A DNA stretch of 64,000 bases from Bacteroidota bacterium (GCA_018266765.1 JAFDZU010000005.1:24312-88311); one strand, 5' to 3'; shown: positions 48,742 through 59,253, counted from the stretch's first letter. Notes: generated by a model not told the origin, from the sequence alone. Translations and numbers: made by a program.

Positions 48742-51735
48742 ATGAAGTTCTCTTATAATTTAAAACTTGCTGTTGGTTTTGTAATATTACTGGCTTCTCT
48801 TGGCTTTTACAGTTGGACATTCAATAATATTTCAAAAAAAATGTTCGAAGTTACACACATGGTAAAGCACACCCATCAAGTACTCGAATTGCTTGAATCA
48901 ATCTTAACACGTGCTGTTGATATTGAAACCGGAATGCGCGGATATGTTATTACTTCCAATCCCGATTTCTTAGAACCGTACCAAGAGGGCATCAAAACAT
49001 TAGATTCTCTAACTGAGTCAATCCGAACCAAAACTGCTGCTAATCTTATTCAACAACATAATCTTGCCATACTTGATTCTCTGCTAAAAGTTAGAATCAA
49101 ACACTGTGATTCTGTTATTAACACTTTAAAAAACAAGGGTGTTGAAGCCGCAGCAATGATGGTGCGAGCAGGCAATGGCAAGTATTTTATGGACAAGGTT
49201 CGTGCTCAAGTAGAAATTATGCACCAAGAAGAAGACAATCTTTTAGCAATACGCAGTGATACAGAAAGAAAAGCAAAATCCACCCAATCAACGATGCTTT
49301 ATACTTCACTTTCCATAATTTTAGTCTTCCCGGTCTTTCTTTATATCAGTTTGCGGAGATATCCTACTTTGTTGGAAAAATCTAAAAAAGAATTAACACA
49401 AAAAGTAGAGGAACAAACAGCCGAACTCCTTTATACCAATAAAGAATTACAGCGTGAAATTGATGAAAAAACAAAAGCTCAAGAGGCAATTATAGAAAAT
49501 GAAAAAAAGTATCGTCATGTGCTTGATGCTATGATGGAAGGGTGCCAAGTTATCGGGTTTGACTGGAAACTTCTCTATATCAATCCGGCGGCAGAAGTAC
49601 ACAACCGCAGACCGAACGAAGAATTAATAGGCAAAGATTTTATAGAATCTTGGCCGGACATTGAATCTACGGAGGTATTCCAAAAAATAAAACATTGTAT
49701 GGAAAAACGAATTTCTCAGACTATGGAAAACCTCTTTGTTTTCCCTGACGGAACAACAGGATATTTCGATTTAAAGATTCACCCGGTAAAAGAAGGTATC
49801 GTCATTCTATCGAACGATATTTCAAACCGCAAAAAGGCCGAAAAAAATCTTGAAAATGCAATAATGAAGTTACATGAGCAAGCTCTTATGCTTGATGTTT
49901 CTACTGTGGTTACTCGGAATATGAACGGTGAGATTATCTTCTGGTCAAACGGCATGAAAACATTGTATGGTTGGTTTAAAGAAGAAGTGCTCGGCAAAAG
50001 AGCTCACGAGTTATTCCAAACAGAATTTTCCGAGCCACTTGAGGATATAATGACCAATCTTCTACAGAACGGGTATTGGAATGGCGAATTAACTCATGTC
50101 AATAAACAAGGAGACAAAATAGCAGTTGCAAGCCAATGGACTCTACAATATGATGATAATCACACCCCTAAAAATATCATTGAAGCCAATGTAGATATTA
50201 CTCCTCGCAAGCAGGCAGAAAAAGAGTTACAGAAAATGACAAATCTCTTCCAAACTCTCTATGATTCCTCTCCCGATGGAATTATCCTTGTCAATTCTTC
50301 CGGGGAAATAATTGAAATAAATAAGCACACTTGTTTGCTGTTTGGATATACTAAAGAGGAATTATTAGGAACATCTGTCGAAATTCTCGTTCCCGAGCGT
50401 TTTAAATGGCATGAAATTCTAAGACAACAATATAATTCCAATCCACGCATGCGCCCTATGGGAATAAACCAACAACTTTACGCAAAACGCAAGGATGACA
50501 CAGAGTTTCAGGTTGAGATTTTACTAAGCCATCTGCAAATAAATTCAGAGATACATGTAATAGCTACAGTTCGTGATATCACCGAAAAAAAACTGCTCGA
50601 ATCCCAGTTCCTCCGCGCTCAACGAATGGAAAGTATCGGAACGCTCGCCGGAGGTATAGCTCACGACCTTAATAATATTCTTGCGCCGATACTGATGTCG
50701 GTTGGATATTTAAGTTCAAAAGTAACTGATCCGCATAGCAAGAAAATGCTCGAGATGCTCGAAGTAAATACAAAGCGTGGCGCAGATCTCATTCGGCAAG
50801 TACTCACATTCGCTCGAGGTATCGAAGGTGAGCGTTCGACCGTCCAAGTGCGCCATTTGATTGATGATATTGCAAAAATCATTAATGAAACATTCCCGAA
50901 ATATATTACAGTGCATACTTCTATTCCCAAGGAATTACCTACTATTTCTGCCGATCCGACTCAAATTCACCAAATTCTTATGAATCTATGTATAAACGCA
51001 AGAGACGCAATGCCTGACGGAGGAAAAATTGAAATTGCTGCCGAAGAAGTTAGCATAGACGAGCAATATGCTACGATGCATATTGATGCAAAGGTTGGAA
51101 AATATCTCGTTGTTTCAGTTTCTGACCAAGGAATAGGAATGCCACCGGGTGTTATGGATCGAATCTTTGAGCCGTTTTTCACAACGAAAGAATTAGGAAA
51201 AGGAACCGGTTTAGGGCTTTCGACTGTTATTACAATTATCAAAAGTCATGGCGGCTTTGTGAATGTGTATAGTGAAGTCGGAAGGGGTACTGATTTCAAA
51301 ATATATTTGTCTCTATCTGAAGAACTTCAATCGCTTACAATTAAGGATCAAGAACAAACTTTTATTGATGGTAATAACAGACTTATTTTAGTAGTTGATG
51401 ACGAAGAAACCATCCGTGAAACGACAAAATTAGCGTTAGAATTATTCGGCTTCAAAGTAATTACTGCCGATGACGGTACTGAAGCCATCGCCGCGTATGC
51501 CGTTCATCAAGATAGGATATCGCTTGTGATTACCGATATGATGATGCCTCACATGGACGGCACTGCCACTGTACGAGCTCTGCAAAAAATGAATCCGGAT
51601 GTCAAAGTAATTGTTGTCAGTGGCTTGAAGCAGAATGGCCACACTGTCAACGATAAGACAGTAAAATTTATTCACAAGCCATACACAACGGAAAAATTAC
51701 TAAATACTATTGCTGAATTGATTGAGCAAGAGTAA
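48742..51735 (+). CDS. Hybrid sensor histidine kinase / response regulator: CHASE3, coiled coil, three to four PAS domains, HisKA, HATPase_c, REC
   Basis: CHASE3-type N-terminus with TM anchors. PAS segments (…YRHVLDAMMEGCQVI…, …MLDVSTVVTRNMNGEIIFW…, …FQTLYDSSPDGIILV…). H-box …GGIAHDLNNIL…. G-boxes …DQGIGMP… and …GTGLGLS…. C-terminal receiver LVVDDEE…DMMMPHMDG…K. Confidence 0.9.
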   Translation: MKFSYNLKLAVGFVILLASLGFYSWTFNNISKKMFEVTHMVKHTHQVLELLESILTRAVDIETGMRGYVITSNPDFLEPYQEGIKTLDSLTESIRTKTAANLIQQHNLAILDSLLKVRIKHCDSVINTLKNKGVEAAAMMVRAGNGKYFMDKVRAQVEIMHQEEDNLLAIRSDTERKAKSTQSTMLYTSLSIILVFPVFLYISLRRYPTLLEKSKKELTQKVEEQTAELLYTNKELQREIDEKTKAQEAIIENEKKYRHVLDAMMEGCQVIGFDWKLLYINPAAEVHNRRPNEELIGKDFIESWPDIESTEVFQKIKHCMEKRISQTMENLFVFPDGTTGYFDLKIHPVKEGIVILSNDISNRKKAEKNLENAIMKLHEQALMLDVSTVVTRNMNGEIIFWSNGMKTLYGWFKEEVLGKRAHELFQTEFSEPLEDIMTNLLQNGYWNGELTHVNKQGDKIAVASQWTLQYDDNHTPKNIIEANVDITPRKQAEKELQKMTNLFQTLYDSSPDGIILVNSSGEIIEINKHTCLLFGYTKEELLGTSVEILVPERFKWHEILRQQYNSNPRMRPMGINQQLYAKRKDDTEFQVEILLSHLQINSEIHVIATVRDITEKKLLESQFLRAQRMESIGTLAGGIAHDLNNILAPILMSVGYLSSKVTDPHSKKMLEMLEVNTKRGADLIRQVLTFARGIEGERSTVQVRHLIDDIAKIINETFPKYITVHTSIPKELPTISADPTQIHQILMNLCINARDAMPDGGKIEIAAEEVSIDEQYATMHIDAKVGKYLVVSVSDQGIGMPPGVMDRIFEPFFTTKELGKGTGLGLSTVITIIKSHGGFVNVYSEVGRGTDFKIYLSLSEELQSLTIKDQEQTFIDGNNRLILVVDDEETIRETTKLALELFGFKVITADDGTEAIAAYAVHQDRISLVITDMMMPHMDGTATVRALQKMNPDVKVIVVSGLKQNGHTVNDKTVKFIHKPYTTEKLLNTIAELIEQE

Positions 51736-51785
51736 ATTTAAGTCAAACGCTGCAAAAAATACTTGCTATATTCGTATAAGAAATA

Positions 51786-51814
51786 AACCGCCACTTCTAT
51801 AAAAAGTGGCGGTT
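51786..51814. terminator. Hairpin between convergent genes; likely terminator for the minus-strand YIP1-like gene and possibly the kinase
   Basis: aaccgccactt-ctataaa-aagtggcggtt perfect 11-bp stem. T-rich tract on the minus-strand side. Confidence 0.45.
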
Positions 51815-51844
51815 CTACATAAATTAATATTCTGCAAAATTTTA

Positions 51845-52630
51845 TCAGAAAAGCGTGGAAATAAGTTTCATAAATCCAAAAGTAACTAAAAACAAAAATC
51901 CGTAAGCAATACCACCAATAGTATAACCTTGTTTGTTTGATAATCCTGCGGCTGAGGCGATTGCAGTTCCAACAGCAGCATAATACCACAACGTAAAGAT
52001 ATTAACCCGCGACAAGACTCCAAACATTCCGGCATCACCCACTCCGACTAAAAAGCCAAGATTTGGTGCCATCAGCATCGAATCACCAAAAAATTGTATC
52101 AGCCCGGTAAGCAGATTCCCCAAAGCACTAATAGCCGCACCATAACTGACTAACCCGACAAGATGCATAAATTTAATCGGTTCGGCTGTAAATATCCGAT
52201 GGCATATCCAAAATAAAATTCCAAGTCCGAATATAGACAGTGCCGTTGTCAGTAATCCGATACCAATAGATTTAGTCGGATTAAAATTAAGCCCTTTTTC
52301 TATTTCGGCATACATTTCCGGTAATTTCTCTTTGGGAAAATTCGGGCCTTTTGCCATTTTATCTATCACTTGCGTTTGCATTTGAAACATTTCTTGCCGT
52401 ACACCCGGACTTGCCGAATAGAAATAACTGATTCCCGCTATAACAATCGTTTCGAGAAGAATTGCCAGTAATAATACTTTCAATGCAGATGATATTGTCC
52501 GCTTACCAACTTCCCAAGGCGAAGTGAACATATCAATAAAACCACTAAAAATTGAAACCGATTCTTCGGCTTCATTTTCAGTTACTTCGTGCTCGACAGG
52601 AGTAAGATTTTCGTCCATAGTATTCTCCAA
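51845..52630 (-). CDS. Multi-pass membrane protein, Yip1-domain-like
   Basis: Acidic 40-aa N-terminus followed by ~5 TM helices rich in G/A. Topology typical of Yip1/DUF1282-type proteins. Low-confidence assignment. Confidence 0.35.
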   Translation of the reverse strand: MENTMDENLTPVEHEVTENEAEESVSIFSGFIDMFTSPWEVGKRTISSALKVLLLAILLETIVIAGISYFYSASPGVRQEMFQMQTQVIDKMAKGPNFPKEKLPEMYAEIEKGLNFNPTKSIGIGLLTTALSIFGLGILFWICHRIFTAEPIKFMHLVGLVSYGAAISALGNLLTGLIQFFGDSMLMAPNLGFLVGVGDAGMFGVLSRVNIFTLWYYAAVGTAIASAAGLSNKQGYTIGGIAYGFLFLVTFGFMKLISTLF

Positions 52631-52697
52631 AAATTACTGAAAAAACATAATAATTACTTGATAAATAAGAATATCCGTATAATCATCCGATTGAATA

Positions 52698-53120
52698 TTA
52701 TTTCCTTACGGTTCGCCAAAGGAAAAGTTCCGTCCACGCCAAAATGACAACCCAAATACTTGCAATTATTTCAAACAACAAACGGAATGAATCTACGAAT
52801 ATAACGCGAACCGGTGAATATTTTTCAGATTTTCCCAATTCATCCAAAAGTGCACCGCGTTTTACCCCTGCAAACAGCATCATTCCCTTGAGAATGTGAT
52901 GATACCGCTGAAGTGCCAGTGATTTTGCCGCAAAAATAACAACCTGGGACGTATCAGCACGAAGCATCGAAATAGTTTTGCCAATCGAGAGTATTTGTTT
53001 TTCAGAGAAGGGTATTATCCGAGCATCCTCAGTGATTTGATGACGCTTAATAATTGTTTGCGCATTGCCTGAAAGAAGATAAATCGTAGTTTGAACCATA
53101 AAAACATAGTGAAGATACAT
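52698..53120 (-). CDS. Small TrkA-C (RCK_C)-like protein with C-terminal TM helix; putative regulatory partner of the adjacent CPA2 antiporter (start may be the internal MVQTT…)
   Basis: …ARIIPFSEKQILSIGKTISMLRADTSQVVIFAAKS… fits the RCK_C pattern (V-IP--S-L-GKTI-EL-…-VVAI). C-terminal hydrophobic helix IIASIWVVILAWTELFLW. Confidence 0.4.
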   Translation of the reverse strand: MYLHYVFMVQTTIYLLSGNAQTIIKRHQITEDARIIPFSEKQILSIGKTISMLRADTSQVVIFAAKSLALQRYHHILKGMMLFAGVKRGALLDELGKSEKYSPVRVIFVDSFRLLFEIIASIWVVILAWTELFLWRTVRK

Positions 53121-53301
53121 TATACATTATCGTTATCTGATATGCTACTGCAAAAATAAGAATATATAATTGCATAGTATTTTATTTGTGTCTCTTGGAT
53201 TGACTTTACCCAAACAAGGCAAGAATCGGAATCCATATCTTATATTGTGCGTCAACTAACGAATCAATTCCTCGTTATATATATTTACTGACATTATTGT
53301 G

Positions 53302-54687
53302 TTAGCCCTTCCGCAAAAGTTTGGAGAGAATCGGCGGAGTGATAAGCGTCGTAAGTATAATAATTAAAACAATAATTGAAAATTCTTCAGCATTGATAAC
53401 ATCCAACTGTCTGCCCATTGCGGCAAAGATAAGTCCAACCTCACCCCGTGGCACCATTCCAAAGCCCACAATTGCCTTACGAACGTTTCCTGCCACCAAT
53501 CCCGATGCTACTTTTCCGCCGATAGCAACAATTGTAAAAACAAACGCCACAACAACCACATGAAAATTACCCAATAGCTGAAGATTAACGGCAAATCCTG
53601 TCATAACAAAAAAGATAGGCGCGAGGAAATGTCCAATTGGCGCAACAATAGAATCTAAATGACGCTCTGCATAGCGTTCGAGAACTGTATGAGCTTCTTT
53701 TTGAGCTTTTTCGGGTGCATTTTTCAGAACTACTTGCATCTCGCTGACGATAGTCGGGTCAGCGAAATATCGAAAATGAACATTATCGAGAATAAGTCCT
53801 GCGGTAAAAGCCCCAACAATAGGCGCAAGTCCGATTGCATCAGCAAGGAATGCAAAAAATAATCCCATAGTAATTGCAAATGTCAATTTCATTGCGAGTC
53901 CACCACTGAGAATAGCGAGGAATTTACTGATTTTCCCTGCGGCAAACTGACCGATAATAATTCCGCTTGCTAAAAATCCTATTGCTTTGAGAATAATGAC
54001 ACCGATATTGCCAATATCTACCGCACCTGTTTTTACCATTGCCGAAACCACGGCAAGGATAATTAGCCCCATCACATCGTCAATTACAGCTGCACCAAGA
54101 ACGATTTGTGCTTCGGGCGTTTGAAGTGCATTTGCATCCTTGAAAACACGTGCAGTAATTCCGACTGATGTTGCTGTGAGAATTGCTCCAATAAATAAAT
54201 ACGCATTGAAGGATAGTCCGGGCAGAAGCAACGGCCCGAATATCCACGTTCCAAAAACAAATGGAATAACGACACCTACAATTGCGACTGCTAATGCTCT
54301 GCCTCCAACACGGCGCATCGCTTTTATATTCGACTCTAAACCTACTTGAAACAACAAAATAACAACACCTAATTCAGCGAGGAAATGAATTGTTTCATCT
54401 GTTCGCAAGAGTTCGAGACCATTAAATCCAAACAAGAATAGATTACCAAGCAACACACCGATAAGTAATTCACCAAGTACTTCGGGCTGTTTCCAACGAG
54501 TAACAATACTCGAAACTCGGGCCGCCACAAGCAGAAGCACAATCCATAATAATGTCGTGGCAAAATGGGAAGGCGCAAAAAAGTCACCTTCACAACTGCC
54601 AAGAGGAAGTGTCATTACCGCTAAAAGCCAGCCCCATGAACGTTTTTTCAAAAAAGAATTACCGAAGATTGAGGGGAAAATTTTCAT
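53302..54687 (-). CDS. Monovalent cation:proton antiporter, CPA2 family (Na+/H+ or K+/H+ exchanger)
   Basis: 461 aa, ~12 TM helices. Na_H_Exchanger signature regions (…LGELLIGVLLGN…, …ELGVVILLFQVGLE…). Confidence 0.85.
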   Translation of the reverse strand: MKIFPSIFGNSFLKKRSWGWLLAVMTLPLGSCEGDFFAPSHFATTLLWIVLLLVAARVSSIVTRWKQPEVLGELLIGVLLGNLFLFGFNGLELLRTDETIHFLAELGVVILLFQVGLESNIKAMRRVGGRALAVAIVGVVIPFVFGTWIFGPLLLPGLSFNAYLFIGAILTATSVGITARVFKDANALQTPEAQIVLGAAVIDDVMGLIILAVVSAMVKTGAVDIGNIGVIILKAIGFLASGIIIGQFAAGKISKFLAILSGGLAMKLTFAITMGLFFAFLADAIGLAPIVGAFTAGLILDNVHFRYFADPTIVSEMQVVLKNAPEKAQKEAHTVLERYAERHLDSIVAPIGHFLAPIFFVMTGFAVNLQLLGNFHVVVVAFVFTIVAIGGKVASGLVAGNVRKAIVGFGMVPRGEVGLIFAAMGRQLDVINAEEFSIIVLIIILTTLITPPILSKLLRKG

Positions 54688-54958
54688 AGTGTAAACTTGA
54701 TTTTCAAATTAATAACTTAATTAATATGTTGATTACTAACAGCACGTTAGATTTATGCGTATCTTAGGATTGCAACTTACCAAAATAAGTGGTGACGAGC
54801 AAGAATTGCAAACCACTCTCTGAGTAAACTACCACAAATCCTTTAATTCAGAGATTTTTTGGTTACGCATAGGAAAGTTGGTAAATTGCTTTTGATTTTA
54901 GCTCCATAGCGGCAATTTATCGCTCTATATTATTTTTATTAGGTTCAGACTTTATTTT

Positions 54959-55732
54959 ATGATTCAGCTTAAAAACATCCATAAGTCCTTCGGCGAGAAA
55001 AATGTTCTTAATGGAATAGATCTCAATATTCCCAACGGACAAACTATGTGTATTATTGGCAAGTCCGGCTGTGGTAAGAGTGTGCTGTTAAAGCATATTG
55101 TTCGACTTTTAGAGCCAGATAGCGGTATTGTACTCGTTGACGGTAAAGATATGTCTGTGCTCAAGCGTGAAGATTTATTTGAGATGCGACGCAGTATTGG
55201 ATATGTATTTCAAGGGGCTGCATTATTTGATTCGATGACTGTATTTGAAAACGTCGTCGTCGGACTTTTTGAGCATGGCGAAAAAGATAATTCCATATTG
55301 GATGGCGAAGCAAGACGAGTGCTTGCCGCAGTGGGTTTACTGCCTGATATTAGCGAATCCGGCACTCCGGCTTTTGAGAGAGAATACGGTATTTTACGTA
55401 ACAAAAAACCGTCTGACCTTTCCGGTGGAATGAGAAAACGGGTGGGTGTCGCCCGGGCATTAGTCGGAAGTCCTACGTATGTATTTTATGACGAACCAAC
55501 CACAGGTCTCGACCCCGTAACCTCAGAGCAAATTGATAATTTAATTGCTGACCTTGCCTCTAAACTCAATGTTACATCACTTGTTATTACTCATGATATG
55601 TTCTCGGTATTTAAAATTGCTGACCGCGTGGCAATGTTAGAATACGGAAAAGTCCGATTCGAGGGCACAGCCGAAGAATTGCAGACAACATCAGATGAAT
55701 CAGTCAAAGAATTTTTAGAACGGTATATGTAA
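54959..55732 (+). CDS. ABC transporter ATP-binding protein, MlaF/Ttg2A-like
   Basis: Walker A GKSGCGKS, signature LSGGMRKR, Walker B VFYDEPTTGLD, H-loop ITHD. 257 aa. No permease gene adjacent. Confidence 0.85.
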   Translation: MIQLKNIHKSFGEKNVLNGIDLNIPNGQTMCIIGKSGCGKSVLLKHIVRLLEPDSGIVLVDGKDMSVLKREDLFEMRRSIGYVFQGAALFDSMTVFENVVVGLFEHGEKDNSILDGEARRVLAAVGLLPDISESGTPAFEREYGILRNKKPSDLSGGMRKRVGVARALVGSPTYVFYDEPTTGLDPVTSEQIDNLIADLASKLNVTSLVITHDMFSVFKIADRVAMLEYGKVRFEGTAEELQTTSDESVKEFLERYM

Positions 55733-55733
55733 T

Positions 55734-56645
55734 TTATGTGTGTCCGGGCGGGTGGAACGCACTCTCTAAATGACTCGTAACATCTACAGGAGTAGGAAGT
55801 AATAACTTCTCAATTGTTTGTTCAGCGGCAGTAGCAATCGTATGGCAAACTTCTATCGGCGTACCGTCTTTAAATTGTAAATGGAAATCTGCATACACCT
55901 GTTGTCCTGATTCGCGCATCCGCAATCGGTGAAAAGAAATGTCATTGCGCAAGCAAAAATCTTCTAATCCAATGCGAACTTTCTGCTCAAACTCAGAATT
56001 TGTTTTGTCCATTAATCCATCTGCAGAACTGCGGAGTAATTTCATTCCCTCGAAAATAATATTCCCGCCAAACAGCAAAGCCGCAACAGGGTCAACCCAC
56101 GTTAGACCCGTCGCTTGGGCAATTAACAACCCAAGTATTGCTCCAAAACTCGTCCATGCGTCAGTGAGAATGTGCTTGCCATTGGCAGTGACAATTAATG
56201 ATCGTTCACGCTTTCCGGTTCTGACCAAAAACCAACCTAACAGTGCATTTACAGCTCCGGCAAACGCAGTAAGCGAAGTACCGAGCGTTATTTGTTCGAG
56301 CGTTATGCCGACTATGATTTTTTCGACAGCAGTGTAGATAATCACAAACGCGGCAAGAATAATTAATCCGCCTTCTAATCCTGCAGAGAAGTAGCTTATT
56401 TTATCGTGACCAAAGTGGTGGTCTTTGTCAGGCGGGCGATACGTAACTCTTAAACTATACGACGCAAAACCAACTGCAAAAATATGGACAATGGTTTCCA
56501 TTGCATCCGAAAAAATGGCAACTGAATGTGTTAGTGAATACGCTGACCACTTTATCGCAAGCATTAATATTCCAACAACAAGCGATATATTCATTGCTTG
56601 TGTTTCTTTGCGAGAGAGCGTATTTTGCGATTGATACTGAGGCAT
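55734..56645 (-). CDS. Cation diffusion facilitator transporter (start uncertain, 56645 or 56762)
   Basis: Six TM helices with CDF signature …SVAIFSDAMETIVH… and …HILTDAWTSFGAI…. C-terminal cytoplasmic domain. Confidence 0.75.
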   Translation of the reverse strand: MPQYQSQNTLSRKETQAMNISLVVGILMLAIKWSAYSLTHSVAIFSDAMETIVHIFAVGFASYSLRVTYRPPDKDHHFGHDKISYFSAGLEGGLIILAAFVIIYTAVEKIIVGITLEQITLGTSLTAFAGAVNALLGWFLVRTGKRERSLIVTANGKHILTDAWTSFGAILGLLIAQATGLTWVDPVAALLFGGNIIFEGMKLLRSSADGLMDKTNSEFEQKVRIGLEDFCLRNDISFHRLRMRESGQQVYADFHLQFKDGTPIEVCHTIATAAEQTIEKLLLPTPVDVTSHLESAFHPPGHT

Positions 56646-57455
56646 TATTACTCCGTATGCTGAGAAAATTGATGTACGTTTACGGTGAATTTTCGCTAGC
56701 TGACGACAAGCAATCTGTTTCATTGCGAAACATTTTGGGCTGTGTATCAAAAAGAATAACAATCAACGAACAGTGAAGTAAGTAGACCGCTTATTAGTTT
56801 ATAACAACAATAACAATCAGCGTTCATTGTCCTCACTGTTCATCTACACAAGTCGTTAAAAATAGAAGTAGATTTTAGTGGCGAATAGGATTTTTAATGC
56901 AAGATTTGTAAGGAACAGTTTCTTTTGAAGTACCATAATCGAAAAAGCAGACACAACACAACACGCCGTTTGATATTCAGCATGCTCGCCAACAACAGAG
57001 AGATTCGAGACATTTCTCGAGTTTTGCTGAGACAATTAGAATGCCTTTGTGACGGTCTTGCCAAAAGAAAAGCATAGAACTAAGCAAACAATATACAAAG
57101 TACATCGAGGTAGTCAACACAAACATCCTGTCTAAAAACAGACGATTAGTACGCAAAACCACAGCTTTTTCCAAGAAAATACTGTATCATAGTTGCAGCG
57201 TTAGACCATATATTGTATCACAGAAACAAATATCATACTTTTTGATACACAACCTTTTCTTATGCGCCGGTCGGATGATTGGAAAATTCTTGGTTGTCAT
57301 GTCATATTCTCGTAGTTTCGAGAAATGTACTGTAGCTGAGAGCAAAGAGAAGAAACAGCAGAAACTTTGGAAGTTCAGGAAATTTCTACGGAACAGAATC
57401 ATAACACGTACAGTATAATCATTCGATATTATTCTATTTCCTCTACCGTGATACT

Positions 57456-58929
57456 ATGAAATCCTTTATTCTTTATCTGGCTCTATTATTTGCCGCTCCG
57501 CTTTTTGCTCAAAAGCCCGTTCAAAACACAATCCCCCAACTCAAAGAATGGTGGCGGGCTGATGATATGGAGTATGGTAAAAACGGTATGACTTGGCTTG
57601 ATAACTTCTATAATGGCAAGGGTGCGCTTGTAGTCTCAACTCCAGACGGTGTAAAAAGTTGGCAAATGCGCTTTCCGGGTGATACGGTAAATGTATTTAC
57701 TTGGTCAGGTGGCAGTGCCGCTATAAGAACGGGTGATTTTAATGGAGATGGAATTACTGACTATCTTGATGGAAAAGGTAATATTTATGAAGGAATTCAA
57801 AATGGTGAATTACCCAAGCCACAATCTTCGGGTAAGGGCTTCTACCCTGACTTGGTAATGGATATAAACGCTGACGGTTATGATGATATGTTTTATCCTG
57901 AAGGTTATGTATTGGGCGGTGCTAATCTTCAAGAGTTACAAAGCAAAGTGATTAAGTTTCCTGAAATTGACAGTAATAATGTAGTTTTATTATCATATAT
58001 AGTATCCACAAAAGAGATACGTGTACTCTGTCGCCACTATTATTGGACAAATTTAACAAAATATCCTTTTGGAAAAGTGTATAAAGAAGGTTTGCGTTTA
58101 ATAGGTTTACATTGGGAAAACACAGGATTTACATCAAAAGTGCTTGATGAATTTACAGTCCCCACTCCCGATAGCACAGGAATATTATATACAGGCGCAC
58201 TACTTTCACAACCTTCCGGCAAGAATTATTTTATATGTGCAACGATGATAAAAGGAAAGAATCAAAATACTGATGTAACAGTTTATGATCTCAATAACGA
58301 TAAACTTGAAAAATTATACAGTAAAAGAATTGATGGTATTTCAAGTATAAATCAATTGAGTAAAAGTATAGATGGAGATGATATATCATCATTTTTTATC
58401 AATCAGTATAATCTTGGAGTCCCTACTCTTCATTTTTATAAAGGTAATATTACGGATTCTCTTCATGAAATAGCACAATTTACAACTGTTCAGATAGCAT
58501 ATTTGACTTCTATATCAGATATAAAATGGAGATGGTAGAGCGGACTTAGCATTAAGCAACCACTATTTTCCTTCGTTAGAAAGATTTAGGTTTAGTGTTG
58601 TTTCGCTAAAAGATACAACTACATCGGTAATAGAAAGCCAAGCAGAAAATAATGGTATTTGGATTAAAGCAATTTCCCCAATGTCTGTTTCAAAAGATAA
58701 AACTCTTCAACTAAAAGTAGCAGTTCCCCATGCAAGCATATACACCCTTTCTCTCTATGATATACTTGGCATGAAGCTACCGAGCAAGTCAGCCGAACGC
58801 TTTCAATTATAAGGCGAGCAGGTTTTGTTTGTGAATATTGGCGATTATGCGGTCAGTAGCGGCGTTTATACTCTGCGCTTAGAGGGTAGTCAGGGTTTGA
58901 TGGCTCAATGTTCGGTTGTTATTGAATAA
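57456..58929 (+). pseudogene. Disrupted T9SS cargo gene encoding an FG-GAP/VCBS-repeat secreted protein. Frameshift in the A4 run near 58523-58527; in-frame TAA at 58810-58812 inside the C-terminal sorting domain.
   Basis: The supplied ORF track ends at 58538 (…SISDIKWRW*). Shifting +1 in the A-run restores …DINGDGRADLAL…, a perfect FG-GAP motif matching earlier repeats (GDFNGDGITDYLDG, MDINADGYDDMF). It continues into …FSVVSLKDTTTS…IYTLSLYDILGMKL…QL*GEQVLFVNIGDYAVSSGVYTLRLEGSQGLMAQCSVVIE*, a T9SS CTD broken by TAA. Confidence 0.55.
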
Positions 58930-58993
58930 GACATTCCATCCTATCGGTTTTTCACACTACCGTACATCATTTTGAAATAGCAGAATAAAATGA

Positions 58994-59029
58994 AAAACGT
59001 TCGAGAGATTACTCTATCGAACGTTTTAT
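58994..59029 (+). terminator. Rho-independent terminator after the disrupted T9SS gene
   Basis: aaaacgttcga-gagattactcta-tcgaacgtttt perfect 11-bp stem followed by T-run. Confidence 0.6.
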
Positions 59030-59253
59030 GGTGGGATGAAAAGGCAAGTTCTTTCCGTTGTTTATTTAGTAATAACACAAAACTTGGAAAAGTGTCACCG
59101 AGTTTGAAAAATTAACACTAACAATTGTGGTGAAAAAAGATGAACTGTTGCCGTTATAACTTCGATTATCACTAAATTTGATTTCAGTTTGCGTCTTTTT
59201 TCCGATTTCTGTGTTATTGTCATTAAAGACACGAACACAATAAATCTTCGGCT

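Noticed and set aside
56977-57402. Two minus-strand ORFs of 65 and 71 aa in the 690-bp gap
   Set aside because: No ribosome-binding sites. Cys/Phe/Leu-rich low-complexity translations with no conserved-looking motifs. Region flagged instead as possible ncRNA or pseudogene space.
56763-57455. tmRNA / RNase P / SRP RNA in the long non-coding stretch
   Set aside because: Looked for tmRNA tag-reading-frame motif, the RNase P GGAAAGTCCGGGCTC-type core and the SRP CAGGTCCGGAAGGAAGCAGC motif. None present.
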